Shown: one piece after another, positions 8,954 to 17,904 of the stretch
Numbering within the stretch: the stretch's first letter is position 1
Layout: each line of letters begins with the position of its first letter
Assembly: GCA_041674205.1 (NCBI GenBank)
Contig: JBAYWF010000001.1
Span: forward strand, 37,449 to 101,448
Source of the DNA: Parcubacteria group bacterium
GTDB taxonomy: Bacteria > Patescibacteriota > Minisyncoccia > Moranbacterales > UBA2206
DNA length: 64,000 nt
Direction: 5' to 3'
The notes under the pieces: model-generated
Told to the model about the DNA's origin: nothing
Seen by the model: the letters and a program-made list of their open reading frames with translations, nothing else
Database searches by the model: none
Translations under genes and position numbers: made by a program

Positions 8954-10732
8954 ATGGAGAAAATACCCCGATTTATAAAAGAATTTTCTAAAAAAGAATC
9001 TTCAGAAGAAAGAAATGAAGCTGCTCGCGCGATAAAAGAAAAGCGAGCCAATCATTTTGATAAAAAAAATGCTCTGACTGACGAGTCTAAAAAAATAAAG
9101 GAAGTTGTAGGTATTAATGATCAAAAAATGAGTGAGCAACTTGAATTAATTCAGGGCTTAGAAAACACACTTGTCGAATTATCAAATTCTGGACTGAAAA
9201 AATTGATGAATTATTTTCATCTCAAGAAATTGCAGGCCGACATTGCTGTTGGAGAGAAAACATTTGAAGAACTAAAACAAAGACAGGAGGTGGTGAATTT
9301 GCAACTGCAAAAAACATACGTCGAAGTTGAATCGCAAAAAAGGGCACCGGAGCTAGAGGAGTCAAAGGTAATACTACAAAGCTTTTATAAAGGACAAAAT
9401 GAAAAATGGGCGGAAAGTGATTATTTAAAAGAGGATATAAAAAAATATTTCTCTGAAGAACATCTTGCCTCTCTCTCTATCGAGGACTATGCTTTGTTGT
9501 TGCGACGGTTTCCAGGTGAGATGGTGACACATGTGACTCGTCAGGGTATTCGAGATCATGTTGGACATATATATCACACTGCGGGCGATGGCGCTTATTC
9601 TAATGGTTTTATGAGAATGGTTGATGATGGAAGACTTCGTTCGCCACTGGGTCTATGCTTGACAGAAGTCGAGAAGGAACAATCTATTGCCAAATATTTG
9701 AATCTCGCTAAATATAAAGACAAAAACGAAGCACTTGATGTTTTAAATACAATAACGACTGAGAAACAAGGCGAGCCCGGAAGTTTTTCAGATAGAATGG
9801 CAATTCATTTTGCTACCGAAGAAGTAGCTGACTGTTATTATGGTTCTGAGAAGGGTAACGAAATCTTTATTATATTTCCTTCGGCACATGTGGCCTCTCA
9901 ATATTATTTTAGTGGACAAAGTGGAAGCTTGAATCGTTCGGGTGGAGGATATTGGAACGATCAGTGGGTTTGGGCAAATGAAGAGAGAGGGATGGATTTA
10001 AATGCTGGGCTAGTGTTTATACCCAAAGAAGTGCGGGTAAATAGAATAACTGGCTCGAGATACGAACTTGATGAAAATAAAACACCCAAACAAAATCGAT
10101 TATTCCATTCTATTATTGAAAAATTTACGTGCCTACCTGATTTTCATTTAATTGCGAGGCAAATAATGGAAATCACAGGAAAGTTTACTCAAGAATTAAA
10201 TATATCTGATATTTCGCCAAGTGATCAAGAATTATATAAAAAATTAAAACCGTTAATTGATTCACTTGAAAAATGCGGTATTCTAGATACCAGGATGCAA
10301 CTTTTATTACTCGACTATCGCAATATTTGTTCACTTGATATATACAAAGATGTGGAAGAGCGAGGCATAAGAGAGCCAATTCATACGATGGATGTCGTAA
10401 TAGGTAGTGTTCTTAAAAAGGGCGGCATTTTATTGTCGGAAGCGAAAGATACTTGTAGCTCTAAAGAATTCTGGGAGTCCTATTTTGCCAAAAATGTAGG
10501 GAAAAAACCAAATAAAATTGTGTACTATGAAGGTAGTAGTCCGACATATGCTTTCTTGAAATGGAGGAAGGAGCAAAATATAACTAAAAAAACTAAAGAC
10601 GAAAATATTGGTTTTCCAGATCATCATATTCAACGTGATCATGCGCAAGCTATTGCTGGGATGGATCGATTTAGGTTGCTTGCTGAGGAAGTGATTGAAA
10701 AATATTTTGCAAAAAAGAAGAGAAAAAAATAA
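8954..10732 (+). CDS. Large hypothetical protein, coiled-coil N-terminal half plus C-terminal globular domain (paralog B)
   Basis: 592 aa ORF in tandem with paralog A, K/E-rich coiled-coil N-terminus, lysine-rich tail, no recognisable domain. Confidence 0.6.
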   Translation: MEKIPRFIKEFSKKESSEERNEAARAIKEKRANHFDKKNALTDESKKIKEVVGINDQKMSEQLELIQGLENTLVELSNSGLKKLMNYFHLKKLQADIAVGEKTFEELKQRQEVVNLQLQKTYVEVESQKRAPELEESKVILQSFYKGQNEKWAESDYLKEDIKKYFSEEHLASLSIEDYALLLRRFPGEMVTHVTRQGIRDHVGHIYHTAGDGAYSNGFMRMVDDGRLRSPLGLCLTEVEKEQSIAKYLNLAKYKDKNEALDVLNTITTEKQGEPGSFSDRMAIHFATEEVADCYYGSEKGNEIFIIFPSAHVASQYYFSGQSGSLNRSGGGYWNDQWVWANEERGMDLNAGLVFIPKEVRVNRITGSRYELDENKTPKQNRLFHSIIEKFTCLPDFHLIARQIMEITGKFTQELNISDISPSDQELYKKLKPLIDSLEKCGILDTRMQLLLLDYRNICSLDIYKDVEERGIREPIHTMDVVIGSVLKKGGILLSEAKDTCSSKEFWESYFAKNVGKKPNKIVYYEGSSPTYAFLKWRKEQNITKKTKDENIGFPDHHIQRDHAQAIAGMDRFRLLAEEVIEKYFAKKKRKK

Positions 10733-10749
10733 AAAAATTATGCAAATCC

Positions 10750-10778
10750 AATAATTGACGGCTAAAAGGCCGTTTTTT
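10750..10778 (+). terminator. Terminator hairpin, copy 2 of the identical 29-nt repeat
   Basis: Identical to 6593-6621, also preceded by TGCAAA. Confidence 0.7.
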
Positions 10779-10935
10779 GCTATTGAAAATAATGCCTATG
10801 ATTAGCCAAATAATAGTAATATGAAACCTGTAATTAACTTAATTTACATAATTTAGGACTTTTTATTCGGATTGTGCTAGTATGCACTGTTGCGATGGAG
10901 ACGAAAGTTCTTTAAAAACACAACGAGGTGCTGGT

Positions 10936-11109
10936 ATGCCAAATAAATGCCGTTTTTCCGATCAGGAATGTGTGGGTGTTGCAAGCGAACGCGGCGAGAT
11001 GATTTGCAAGGATTGTAAAATATTGCGAGTGAAAGCGCGGAAGGTAGAAGTCTTTATTCGGCAATGGAAACCGAGTAATCTCGCAATCGCGGCGGCGAAA
11101 GAGAAATAA
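10936..11109 (+). CDS. Small Cys-containing hypothetical protein (possible zinc-ribbon)
   Basis: ATG at 10936 preceded by GAGGTG. MPNKCRFSDQECVGV...ICKDCKILRV has a Cys-x7-Cys...Cys-x2-Cys arrangement. Weak evidence. Confidence 0.3.
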   Translation: MPNKCRFSDQECVGVASERGEMICKDCKILRVKARKVEVFIRQWKPSNLAIAAAKEK

Positions 11110-11249
11110 ATCAAATACTGACCACCTCATGTCATAAAACGGAGTCGTAATATCACGGGGTAGCTCCGTGACGCCATTTCAGAGCGGACACCTGAAAACT
11201 TGCGTTGGAGGCCGATAAGACGCGAGATAATGTTTCGGCGAGGAGGAAG

Positions 11250-11580
11250 TATGAGAAAAATAGCCACTATTATTGGGTTAGCAGTGCTTACGGGCTGGCT
11301 GATGGTTATGGTGTCGAGTTATTTGATTAACATGTCGGCGGATGATATGCAAAAATGTGAGAATTTTGTAAGCGGTAGGAGGTGGGTAATTGTGTCCAAA
11401 GATTTTGTTGGACACAAGTATAGCACCTCGGTCGTATTCGTAATGAAGGAAGGGGCTGACAGTATCTCAGTTGAAACGAGTTCAGAAAAAGACTTCGTCT
11501 TCTTTCCAGGAGAATATGTCCAGCTTGAAATGAAGAAGGGTATGAAGGAATCATGCGTGTATGAAATAACGCATGAATAG
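11250..11580 (+). CDS. Small membrane-anchored hypothetical protein
   Basis: MRKIATIIGLAVLTGWLMVMVSS N-terminal TM/signal segment, strong RBS GAGGAGGAAGT upstream, terminator downstream. Confidence 0.45.
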
Positions 11581-11590
11581 TATTTAGCAA

Positions 11591-11624
11591 AGCGGGAAGC
11601 TCATTGCAGTTCCCGCTTTTTTTA
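11591..11624 (+). terminator. Rho-independent terminator
   Basis: AGCGGGAA-loop-TTCCCGCT followed by a T7 run. Confidence 0.7.
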
Positions 11625-11804
11625 TTTGTCGAAAAGGGATTTTTAGAGAGTAAGTAGTAATCGGTGAGTATTTCACCCTATGATATTGGCTTGCGGATAA
11701 AAAGTAGAGAGATAATAAAAATTATCAGATATGCAGTTATTGGCAGCTTCAAAGGATCTGATATTGTCAGTGAGGTTTAATATGTCAGCAAAGGAGCATT
11801 ACTT

Positions 11805-12143
11805 TTGTTCGAACGGAATTTTGGCTTGCTTAAACCTCGGTTTTTTACTATGCTAGATAGCATGAAATCCCTCAAAAACTATCTGGCTAAAAGGAACGTT
11901 TTCCAACCCAAGACGCTGGATGACCAGACGGTTTTTTATGTTTTCCGCAAGGTCATCAAGGAGGAATTCGGCAATGTGGGGATCGAGAAGCTGATCCCGG
12001 ATTATTACAATAACAAAACTATCTTTATTAAATCGGACAGCTCGGCTTGGTCCGCCGAGATGTGGTTGCAAAAGGATCGGATCGTCCGCAAGATGAACGT
12101 CGAATTGGGCGAAGGATCAATCGAGAAGATAAAAGTCAAATAA
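11805..12143 (+). CDS. DUF721 / DciA-like protein (replication-associated family)
   Basis: TTG start with AAGGAG RBS 8 nt upstream. C-terminal SDSSAWSAEMWLQKDRIVRKMNVELGEGSIEKIKV matches the DUF721 pattern (SSxWxxEL...LGxxxIxxIxF). The family is typically found near dnaA/dnaN. Confidence 0.55.
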   Translation: MFERNFGLLKPRFFTMLDSMKSLKNYLAKRNVFQPKTLDDQTVFYVFRKVIKEEFGNVGIEKLIPDYYNNKTIFIKSDSSAWSAEMWLQKDRIVRKMNVELGEGSIEKIKVK

Positions 12144-12175
12144 AAAAAGCCTTGGACAATCCAAGGCTTTTTTTG
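12143..12175. terminator. Bidirectional terminator between convergent genes
   Basis: GCCTTGGA-loop-TCCAAGGC flanked by an A-run upstream and a T-run downstream. Confidence 0.7.
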
Positions 12176-12181
12176 GGCATA

Positions 12182-14761
12182 TCAGGGAATTGAAACGATG
12201 TTGGTATGGATCGTGATGTTCGTACTTTTTGACTTGTCGTTTTTATCGACGGCGACAGCCTTGATTTCCAGGTCGGACGTCTTTTTGTCATCAGGTATGG
12301 AATAAGTGTAGCTTAAAGATGAGTCATCCTTGGAAGATACTTCGTCACCGTCGATATAGAGGGTTATCTTGTCTATATCGAAGGCGGAGGAAGCTGCGGC
12401 TTTGATCGTGACAGTGTTGGAAGTTACGGTTGCTCCGTTGGAGGGAGAGGTTATTTTTACTTTCGGAGTGATGTCGGAAAAATCATCAGATTCGCATTTT
12501 TTGGTAGGCGCGGGGTCATTGGAAAGGTCCTTGTCTTTCTCGGCATATTTTTGGACGGCCTTTTCCCAATTTTTAAATTGCGGATCGTCTTCCGGGTCTT
12601 TAGGGTAGTCTCCGCGCGGGTCATCCTTTTTGACATACCACAGGATGGAATGGGCAGAAAAGAATTTTTTCTTAGTTTTAAGACTGTCCGGGCAAGCGTC
12701 GGTGGCTAGGCAGTAATCATCGTTTTTATCAGGTATTTCGCAGACCTCGATTTTTTCTTCCGGGTCGAGTTTGCCGTTCAAGATCGGCTTGCCGGCATCT
12801 TCCGGTTCGTATTTCGGAAATTGCTCCACATTGTAGTTTTTTAAGGCGCCATCCATAAATTTCCGCCAAATCGGAGCGGCTACGAAAATTCCATCCGCAC
12901 CTTTGGCCATCGTGGAATTGTCGTTGTTGCCCGCCCAAACACCGACTACGAGAGACGGGGTATATCCCATCGCCCAACCGTCACGCCATTCATTGGTAGT
13001 TCCGGTTTTGGCGGCTACGGATCGGTCGGTGAAATTGAAGGGATTGTTGGTTCCAAAAACCGGAGCGCGCAATGAGTTGGTGGACATCACGTAATCAAGC
13101 ATAGACACATATTTTTCGTCGATGACTCTTTGGCCCGGGTCATTTTGGTATTCCTCGAGGATTTTTCCGGAGGAATCGGTTATTTTCAGGATGGCGGTCT
13201 TGTCATGGTGGATTCCTCCGGTTGCCAGGGAACCATAGGCATTCGTATGGTCAAGTAGTGTCACTTCGCCGCCGCCCAATACCAATGAGAGTCCATAATC
13301 GAAAGACTTGTCCAGAGTGGTTATGCCAAGAGCCTTGGCGGTCGTGATGGAATCCTGGACTCCGGCTAGATAGAGCGTTTGGACAGCGGGAACGTTCAGT
13401 GACATCGCCAGCGCATCTTTCATTTGGAGTAGCCCGTGGTTTTTCCCGTCATAGTTTTTCGGATTATAGCTTTTTCCCGAATCGGTTGAAAAATCGGTGT
13501 CTACGTCCCACATCTGGGTTTCTGGAGTGTAGCCTTTTTTGAAAGCTGTCAGATAGACATATGGCTTGAAAGATGATCCAGGCTGGCGGTTCCGGATAGT
13601 GACATTGACTTGGCCGTCGATGGATTTGTCGAAATAATCCTTGCTGCCTACCATCGCCAATATTTGTCCGGTACGCGGATCCATCGCGACCATCGCGGCA
13701 TTCTCAGCTCCGTATTTTGCCGTATTGGACGTCGCGCCTTCTTTGACCGCTTGTTCGGCTAATTGTTGTTTATCCCAATCGAGAGTGGTGTAAACCTTGA
13801 GGCCACCCTGTTCCAATGCTTGCTGGCCATAGGTTTTTTCCAGATATTCCTTGATGTACATCACGAAGTGCGGTGCGGAAATATTTTCCGAAGAGGGCCG
13901 TATTTTTGCCAGGATGTCGACCTCTTTGGCCGCCGCGGCTTGTTCCTGGGAAATATAGCCTAATTTTTCCATTTGGGTCAGCGCATACACCTGTCTGCCT
14001 CGCAAGGCGTCGGAGTTATTCCCATAAGGGGAATAGTAAGAGGGTGCTTGGGGCAGGGCAGCTAAAAGGGCCGCTTCGTCAAGGGAAAGTTCTGAGGCGT
14101 GTTTGCCGAAAAAAGTTTGCGCGGCCGCTTCGATGCCATAGGCGTTGGAGCCGTAGGGGATTTCATTGAGGTACATTGCTAATATTTCATCCTTGGAAAA
14201 TTTAAGCTCTATTTCGATAGCCAGAATCAGTTCCTTGATCTTGCGGGAAAGCGATCTTTCGTCGGTAAGGATGGAATTTTTAACGAATTGCTGGGTAATC
14301 GTCGAGCCGCCCCGTCCGCCTCCTCGGCGCAAGACGTTTGAAATTACGGCATTGGCCAAACCGCGCACATCAAATCCAGGATGGTGGTAGAAGTTCTGGT
14401 CTTCCAGGGAGATGGTGGCATATTTGATGGCGTCCGGCATATCCGTGAATTGGATTTGCGTTCTCTTTTCTTCGCCGTGGATGTCATAGAGCAGGTGGTC
14501 GCCGGTGCGGTCGTAAATCTTGGTTGATTCCGTCACGACCCGTTTGCTGATTCCGTTGGCACTGGGCAAGTCTTTGGCGAAATAGGCGAAAATGCCTAAA
14601 ACCAGAAGCGCGGAAAAGCCCGCCGCATAGGCGCTGATTTTGCCAGCCATCCGCCAGCGGTTTTTGCTGGAGGCATATTTGAAATTTCTTAGGGGGGAGA
14701 ATATCTTGTCCATAAAATATGATATTTTAAAATATGGCCAAATAAGGCCTTTTGCAACCAT
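12182..14761 (-). CDS. Bifunctional class A penicillin-binding protein (PBP1A; transglycosylase + transpeptidase) with C-terminal Ig-like extension
   Basis: GT51 motif EDQNFYHHPGFDVRG, transpeptidase SSFKP and KTGT motifs, N-terminal TM anchor. True start may be the internal ATG (MDKIFSPL, about 14713). Confidence 0.9.
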   Translation of the reverse strand: MVAKGLIWPYFKISYFMDKIFSPLRNFKYASSKNRWRMAGKISAYAAGFSALLVLGIFAYFAKDLPSANGISKRVVTESTKIYDRTGDHLLYDIHGEEKRTQIQFTDMPDAIKYATISLEDQNFYHHPGFDVRGLANAVISNVLRRGGGRGGSTITQQFVKNSILTDERSLSRKIKELILAIEIELKFSKDEILAMYLNEIPYGSNAYGIEAAAQTFFGKHASELSLDEAALLAALPQAPSYYSPYGNNSDALRGRQVYALTQMEKLGYISQEQAAAAKEVDILAKIRPSSENISAPHFVMYIKEYLEKTYGQQALEQGGLKVYTTLDWDKQQLAEQAVKEGATSNTAKYGAENAAMVAMDPRTGQILAMVGSKDYFDKSIDGQVNVTIRNRQPGSSFKPYVYLTAFKKGYTPETQMWDVDTDFSTDSGKSYNPKNYDGKNHGLLQMKDALAMSLNVPAVQTLYLAGVQDSITTAKALGITTLDKSFDYGLSLVLGGGEVTLLDHTNAYGSLATGGIHHDKTAILKITDSSGKILEEYQNDPGQRVIDEKYVSMLDYVMSTNSLRAPVFGTNNPFNFTDRSVAAKTGTTNEWRDGWAMGYTPSLVVGVWAGNNDNSTMAKGADGIFVAAPIWRKFMDGALKNYNVEQFPKYEPEDAGKPILNGKLDPEEKIEVCEIPDKNDDYCLATDACPDSLKTKKKFFSAHSILWYVKKDDPRGDYPKDPEDDPQFKNWEKAVQKYAEKDKDLSNDPAPTKKCESDDFSDITPKVKITSPSNGATVTSNTVTIKAAASSAFDIDKITLYIDGDEVSSKDDSSLSYTYSIPDDKKTSDLEIKAVAVDKNDKSKSTNITIHTNIVSIP

Positions 14762-14992
14762 AAGCTGGATGCTGTGAAGTCAGTTAGTATTCTACGATAA
14801 TTCCGGGTTTTTATCAAGCCCGCCGGCAGGGATGTTTTCTGGTGTCTGAATCTTGCAGGCATCTTTGATTTTATCCAAAAACTTCAAAGTTTATGAGGTT
14901 CAGACTAAAATCAAGCAATTAAAGCGATATATTTTTCCAATAAAAAATGAGCTTGTGAAAGCCCATTGATATTGCGGATAAAAAAACTAACA

Positions 14993-15937
14993 CTAAGCGT
15001 CCGCCAAACGCTCAAGGGAATCGAGCACTGACTCTATGAAAATGGGAGAATTTTTCATTTTTTCCGACGGGAAACCGATTTGGTCATTCAACTCAAAAAC
15101 AAAAAGTTCGCTCTTGTTCTGGATGCCAAGGTCGATGGAATAGATTGGACGGTTGAATTTTTTATCGATGCGCGCTTGTATTTTTTTCACGCTATCAAGG
15201 ATGGATGCCGGGATATTTTCAAGTGGGATTTCCCTGATCGATCCGCCTTGGGCGACGTTGGCCAGAAGCGATCCTTCTTTGGGCGCGCGTACATGGCTCA
15301 AGACGATTTTGCCGTCCACGATTATTATCCGCAGATCATGGTGTCCGTCGATGATTCCGGGGATTCCGGCGGACGTGTCGACGAATTCTTGCAAAATATA
15401 TTCGCGGCCGTTTTTGATTTCCTCGCGCATTATTTTTTCCGGATAATCAATCACGATTCCTTGGCCACACATCCCGTTGGCAGGCTTGAGCACGGTCAGT
15501 GCGGACGGAGAAAACGATTCCAATTGCCGCGATAGGCTGGCCTTATCTTTGATCCGTGCGCTTTTAGGCATAAAATCGCCGATAAATTCCTGGGTCGCGT
15601 TCTTATTGTTGCACAATCTTTTGAAACGGATGTTGTTTAAAACTTTGGAGCTGATGTCTTCAATCGGGAAAGACATCCCGCCGCTCCGATCGAAAACGGC
15701 GTCCGCTTGTATGTCTTCCTTTTCCGGTTCAAAGAACTCCCCGGTGTAGTGATAGGCGCCGGAAAAAGTCAGCAGTCCCGTTTGTGTGTTTTTCCCGCTG
15801 GCGATATACATATCGAAACCTCTTTTCAGACCGCGTTTAAAAAAGTCGTGATAGACGGCTCTTTTTGGGCCGAAGGTGGAAAAAGGATCGCTTTCCATCT
15901 TGCGCCTGCTGAAATACATGACTATTTTTTTTCGCAT
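14993..15937 (-). CDS. ATP-grasp superfamily amidoligase (RimK / glutathione-synthetase-like), paralog 4 of the cluster
   Basis: 314 aa. ATP-grasp C-terminal half: LKPANGMCGQGIVI, ILQEFVD, HDLRIIIVDGKIV, FVFELNDQIGFP. 16-nt overlap with the upstream gene. Confidence 0.7.
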   Translation of the reverse strand: MRKKIVMYFSRRKMESDPFSTFGPKRAVYHDFFKRGLKRGFDMYIASGKNTQTGLLTFSGAYHYTGEFFEPEKEDIQADAVFDRSGGMSFPIEDISSKVLNNIRFKRLCNNKNATQEFIGDFMPKSARIKDKASLSRQLESFSPSALTVLKPANGMCGQGIVIDYPEKIMREEIKNGREYILQEFVDTSAGIPGIIDGHHDLRIIIVDGKIVLSHVRAPKEGSLLANVAQGGSIREIPLENIPASILDSVKKIQARIDKKFNRPIYSIDLGIQNKSELFVFELNDQIGFPSEKMKNSPIFIESVLDSLERLADA

Positions 15938-16833
15938 CCGGTTAAATATTCAGCTAATTTTTTAATTTCAGGTGAGATCTTGGTATCTAGCGTGAGAGTC
16001 GGACAGCTATTAACCTCGAATATTACGGGACTTCCATCCGGCCGTTCGATGATGTCCACGCCGGCGACTTGGATATGCGTCGTTCGGGCTGCCAAAACAG
16101 CTTCTTTTTTAAGGTGGCTGCCGACCGTGGAGATATCTACGAATTCTTCAGTCGCTCCCAGATGCACGTTGTTCCGGAAAGCTTCTTTTTCAGAGCGGAT
16201 TTTTTTCTCAGTTACGGCCACTTTGCTTCCGGTCACAAGGATCCGATATTCAAAATCATTGGGGATGAATTCTTGCAGGAAAATTTCCTTGCGGTCATCC
16301 TGGCTGGATCTTTCCAAAATGATTTTTTCCAGCTCGCTGATATTCTTGGCCAAAAAAACGCCCGCCCCTTGCGAAGAGTTGCATTCCTTGATCACGATCG
16401 GCAGCTTCAGATATGCTATGGCATTGCGCAGATGTTTTTTCGGATAGGAGCCCGCGAAATAAGTTTTAGGGATGGAGATTCCTGCCGATGCCAGACGGAA
16501 CATCTGGATTATCTTGGCGGCATCGGACGCGTCCTTGTTTTGTTCATGGTAGCGGTCGATCAGATTGACTCCGGACTCTTTCGATACGTGGGCCAGCATA
16601 TGGGCGACACCTCGGTTCCTGCCAACCTTCCTGATATAAATAGTGCTCCAAGCCGTCACCGGTTTCCCGCAAATCGACAATCCGATCTTGTTTTTTTCTA
16701 TTTGAATTTCGGTCTCTTCCAAACTGGAAACGGAAAAATCCACTCCTTTCCGGGCGAGTTCGGCGCCGGTCAGGCGTAAAAATTTTTTCATTTTCGGTCC
16801 GGTCTTCTTCTTGTTTTTTAATATCAGTAACAT
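15922..16833 (-). CDS. RimK-like ATP-grasp (alpha-L-glutamate ligase family)
   Basis: 303 aa. LPIVIKECNSSQGAGVFL, LQEFIPNDFEYRILVTGSKV, EVNSCPTL, typical of the RimK/LysX group. Confidence 0.75.
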   Translation of the reverse strand: MLLILKNKKKTGPKMKKFLRLTGAELARKGVDFSVSSLEETEIQIEKNKIGLSICGKPVTAWSTIYIRKVGRNRGVAHMLAHVSKESGVNLIDRYHEQNKDASDAAKIIQMFRLASAGISIPKTYFAGSYPKKHLRNAIAYLKLPIVIKECNSSQGAGVFLAKNISELEKIILERSSQDDRKEIFLQEFIPNDFEYRILVTGSKVAVTEKKIRSEKEAFRNNVHLGATEEFVDISTVGSHLKKEAVLAARTTHIQVAGVDIIERPDGSPVIFEVNSCPTLTLDTKISPEIKKLAEYLTGCEKK

Positions 16834-16926
16834 AAGCGTTTCCGGTTACTTATTATAAATTATAAAAACGGCTGGCAAATGGGGCGCTTGGCAAAATATC
16901 CGATGGATTTTTCAGGGTGGCAGCGT

Positions 16927-17904
16927 TTATGGGATCTGCTTGTCATCGGAAACCGTCGTATTCAATTTCAGGATGAAATTTATGATATCCTTGATGACAT
17001 TCCTGGATCTTCCGTGAGTCGGGTTGTAGTGGATATAAATGTCGGGCTTCCCGTTTATTTCCAGGATTCCGAATGTTTGGTCGGCGGGGTCCTTGGATAT
17101 ATTTTCGCAGATTATATCGATGCCGGCAAGATAATAGCCGACCGCATCCGCGGCCTTGACGCAAATGGAAATAATCGCCTCATTGACTGAATCCGTGGCA
17201 TCCCGGGTTTCTCCGCCTTCAGCTAAGGAAGAGCTTTTTTTAATGGAAACGATTTTTCCGGTATCCAGCACTGAATCAAGTGAAAACCCTTGTTCTGCTA
17301 AAATCCTTATCAGGGCCTGGTCAATCGGGGTTTTCCGGCGGGTATGCTTCTGTTTTTCCTGGATAAGGGCGGCTATCGTGGACTTCCCGTCGCCGATGAT
17401 TCTTGGCGGAATCATTTCCAACGCCCCGATAACCTTTTTATCCAGGATGAGGACGCGGTATTCTTTGCCAAAAATCATTTCTTGGGCGATAAGCGACCTG
17501 AAATTTAAAATCTCTTTGGTTATGATGGCCTTGGCTTCCTGCGCGTTTTTTATGTAAGGGAAAATGCCTTGGCTGTTTGAACCGGCGGAATCCTTGATGA
17601 TTATGGGAAATTTGAGGTTGCTTAATTTTTTTTCAACCTCTTCGGGTGTGAAATTTTTTCTGAAAAAAAAGACCGTGGTCGGCGTGGGAAGCGACTGGCG
17701 CCGGAGTAGCGTATAAGTTAAGTCTTTATAGGCCGTTGCGCCAGCGATGCTGATAAAATTTTTGGCGATTCTGAATTTTCTCGTGATAAGAAAAGTCTTG
17801 CCACGCACGTGGATATAATAACAGCGCCTTTCAGGGATGACTTCCTCGAATGTCCCTCCCATTTCTTCGACGACCTTCCGGATCAATAAAGTGTTTTTTA
17901 TCAT
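16927..17904 (-). CDS. ATP-grasp enzyme resembling the N-terminal ATP-grasp domain of cyanophycin synthetase
   Basis: 325 aa. GKEYRVLILDKKVIGALEMIPPRIIGDGKSTIAALI, then SLAEGGETRDATDSV and ILEINGKPDIYIH, the pattern of CphA-type ATP-grasp domains. 4-nt start/stop overlap with the upstream gene. Confidence 0.7.
   Translation of the reverse strand: MIKNTLLIRKVVEEMGGTFEEVIPERRCYYIHVRGKTFLITRKFRIAKNFISIAGATAYKDLTYTLLRRQSLPTPTTVFFFRKNFTPEEVEKKLSNLKFPIIIKDSAGSNSQGIFPYIKNAQEAKAIITKEILNFRSLIAQEMIFGKEYRVLILDKKVIGALEMIPPRIIGDGKSTIAALIQEKQKHTRRKTPIDQALIRILAEQGFSLDSVLDTGKIVSIKKSSSLAEGGETRDATDSVNEAIISICVKAADAVGYYLAGIDIICENISKDPADQTFGILEINGKPDIYIHYNPTHGRSRNVIKDIINFILKLNTTVSDDKQIP

Noticed and set aside
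15707-16779. 246-aa and 236-aa ORFs on the plus strand
   Set aside because: Antisense to the RimK-like ATP-grasp genes. No motifs. Shadow ORFs.
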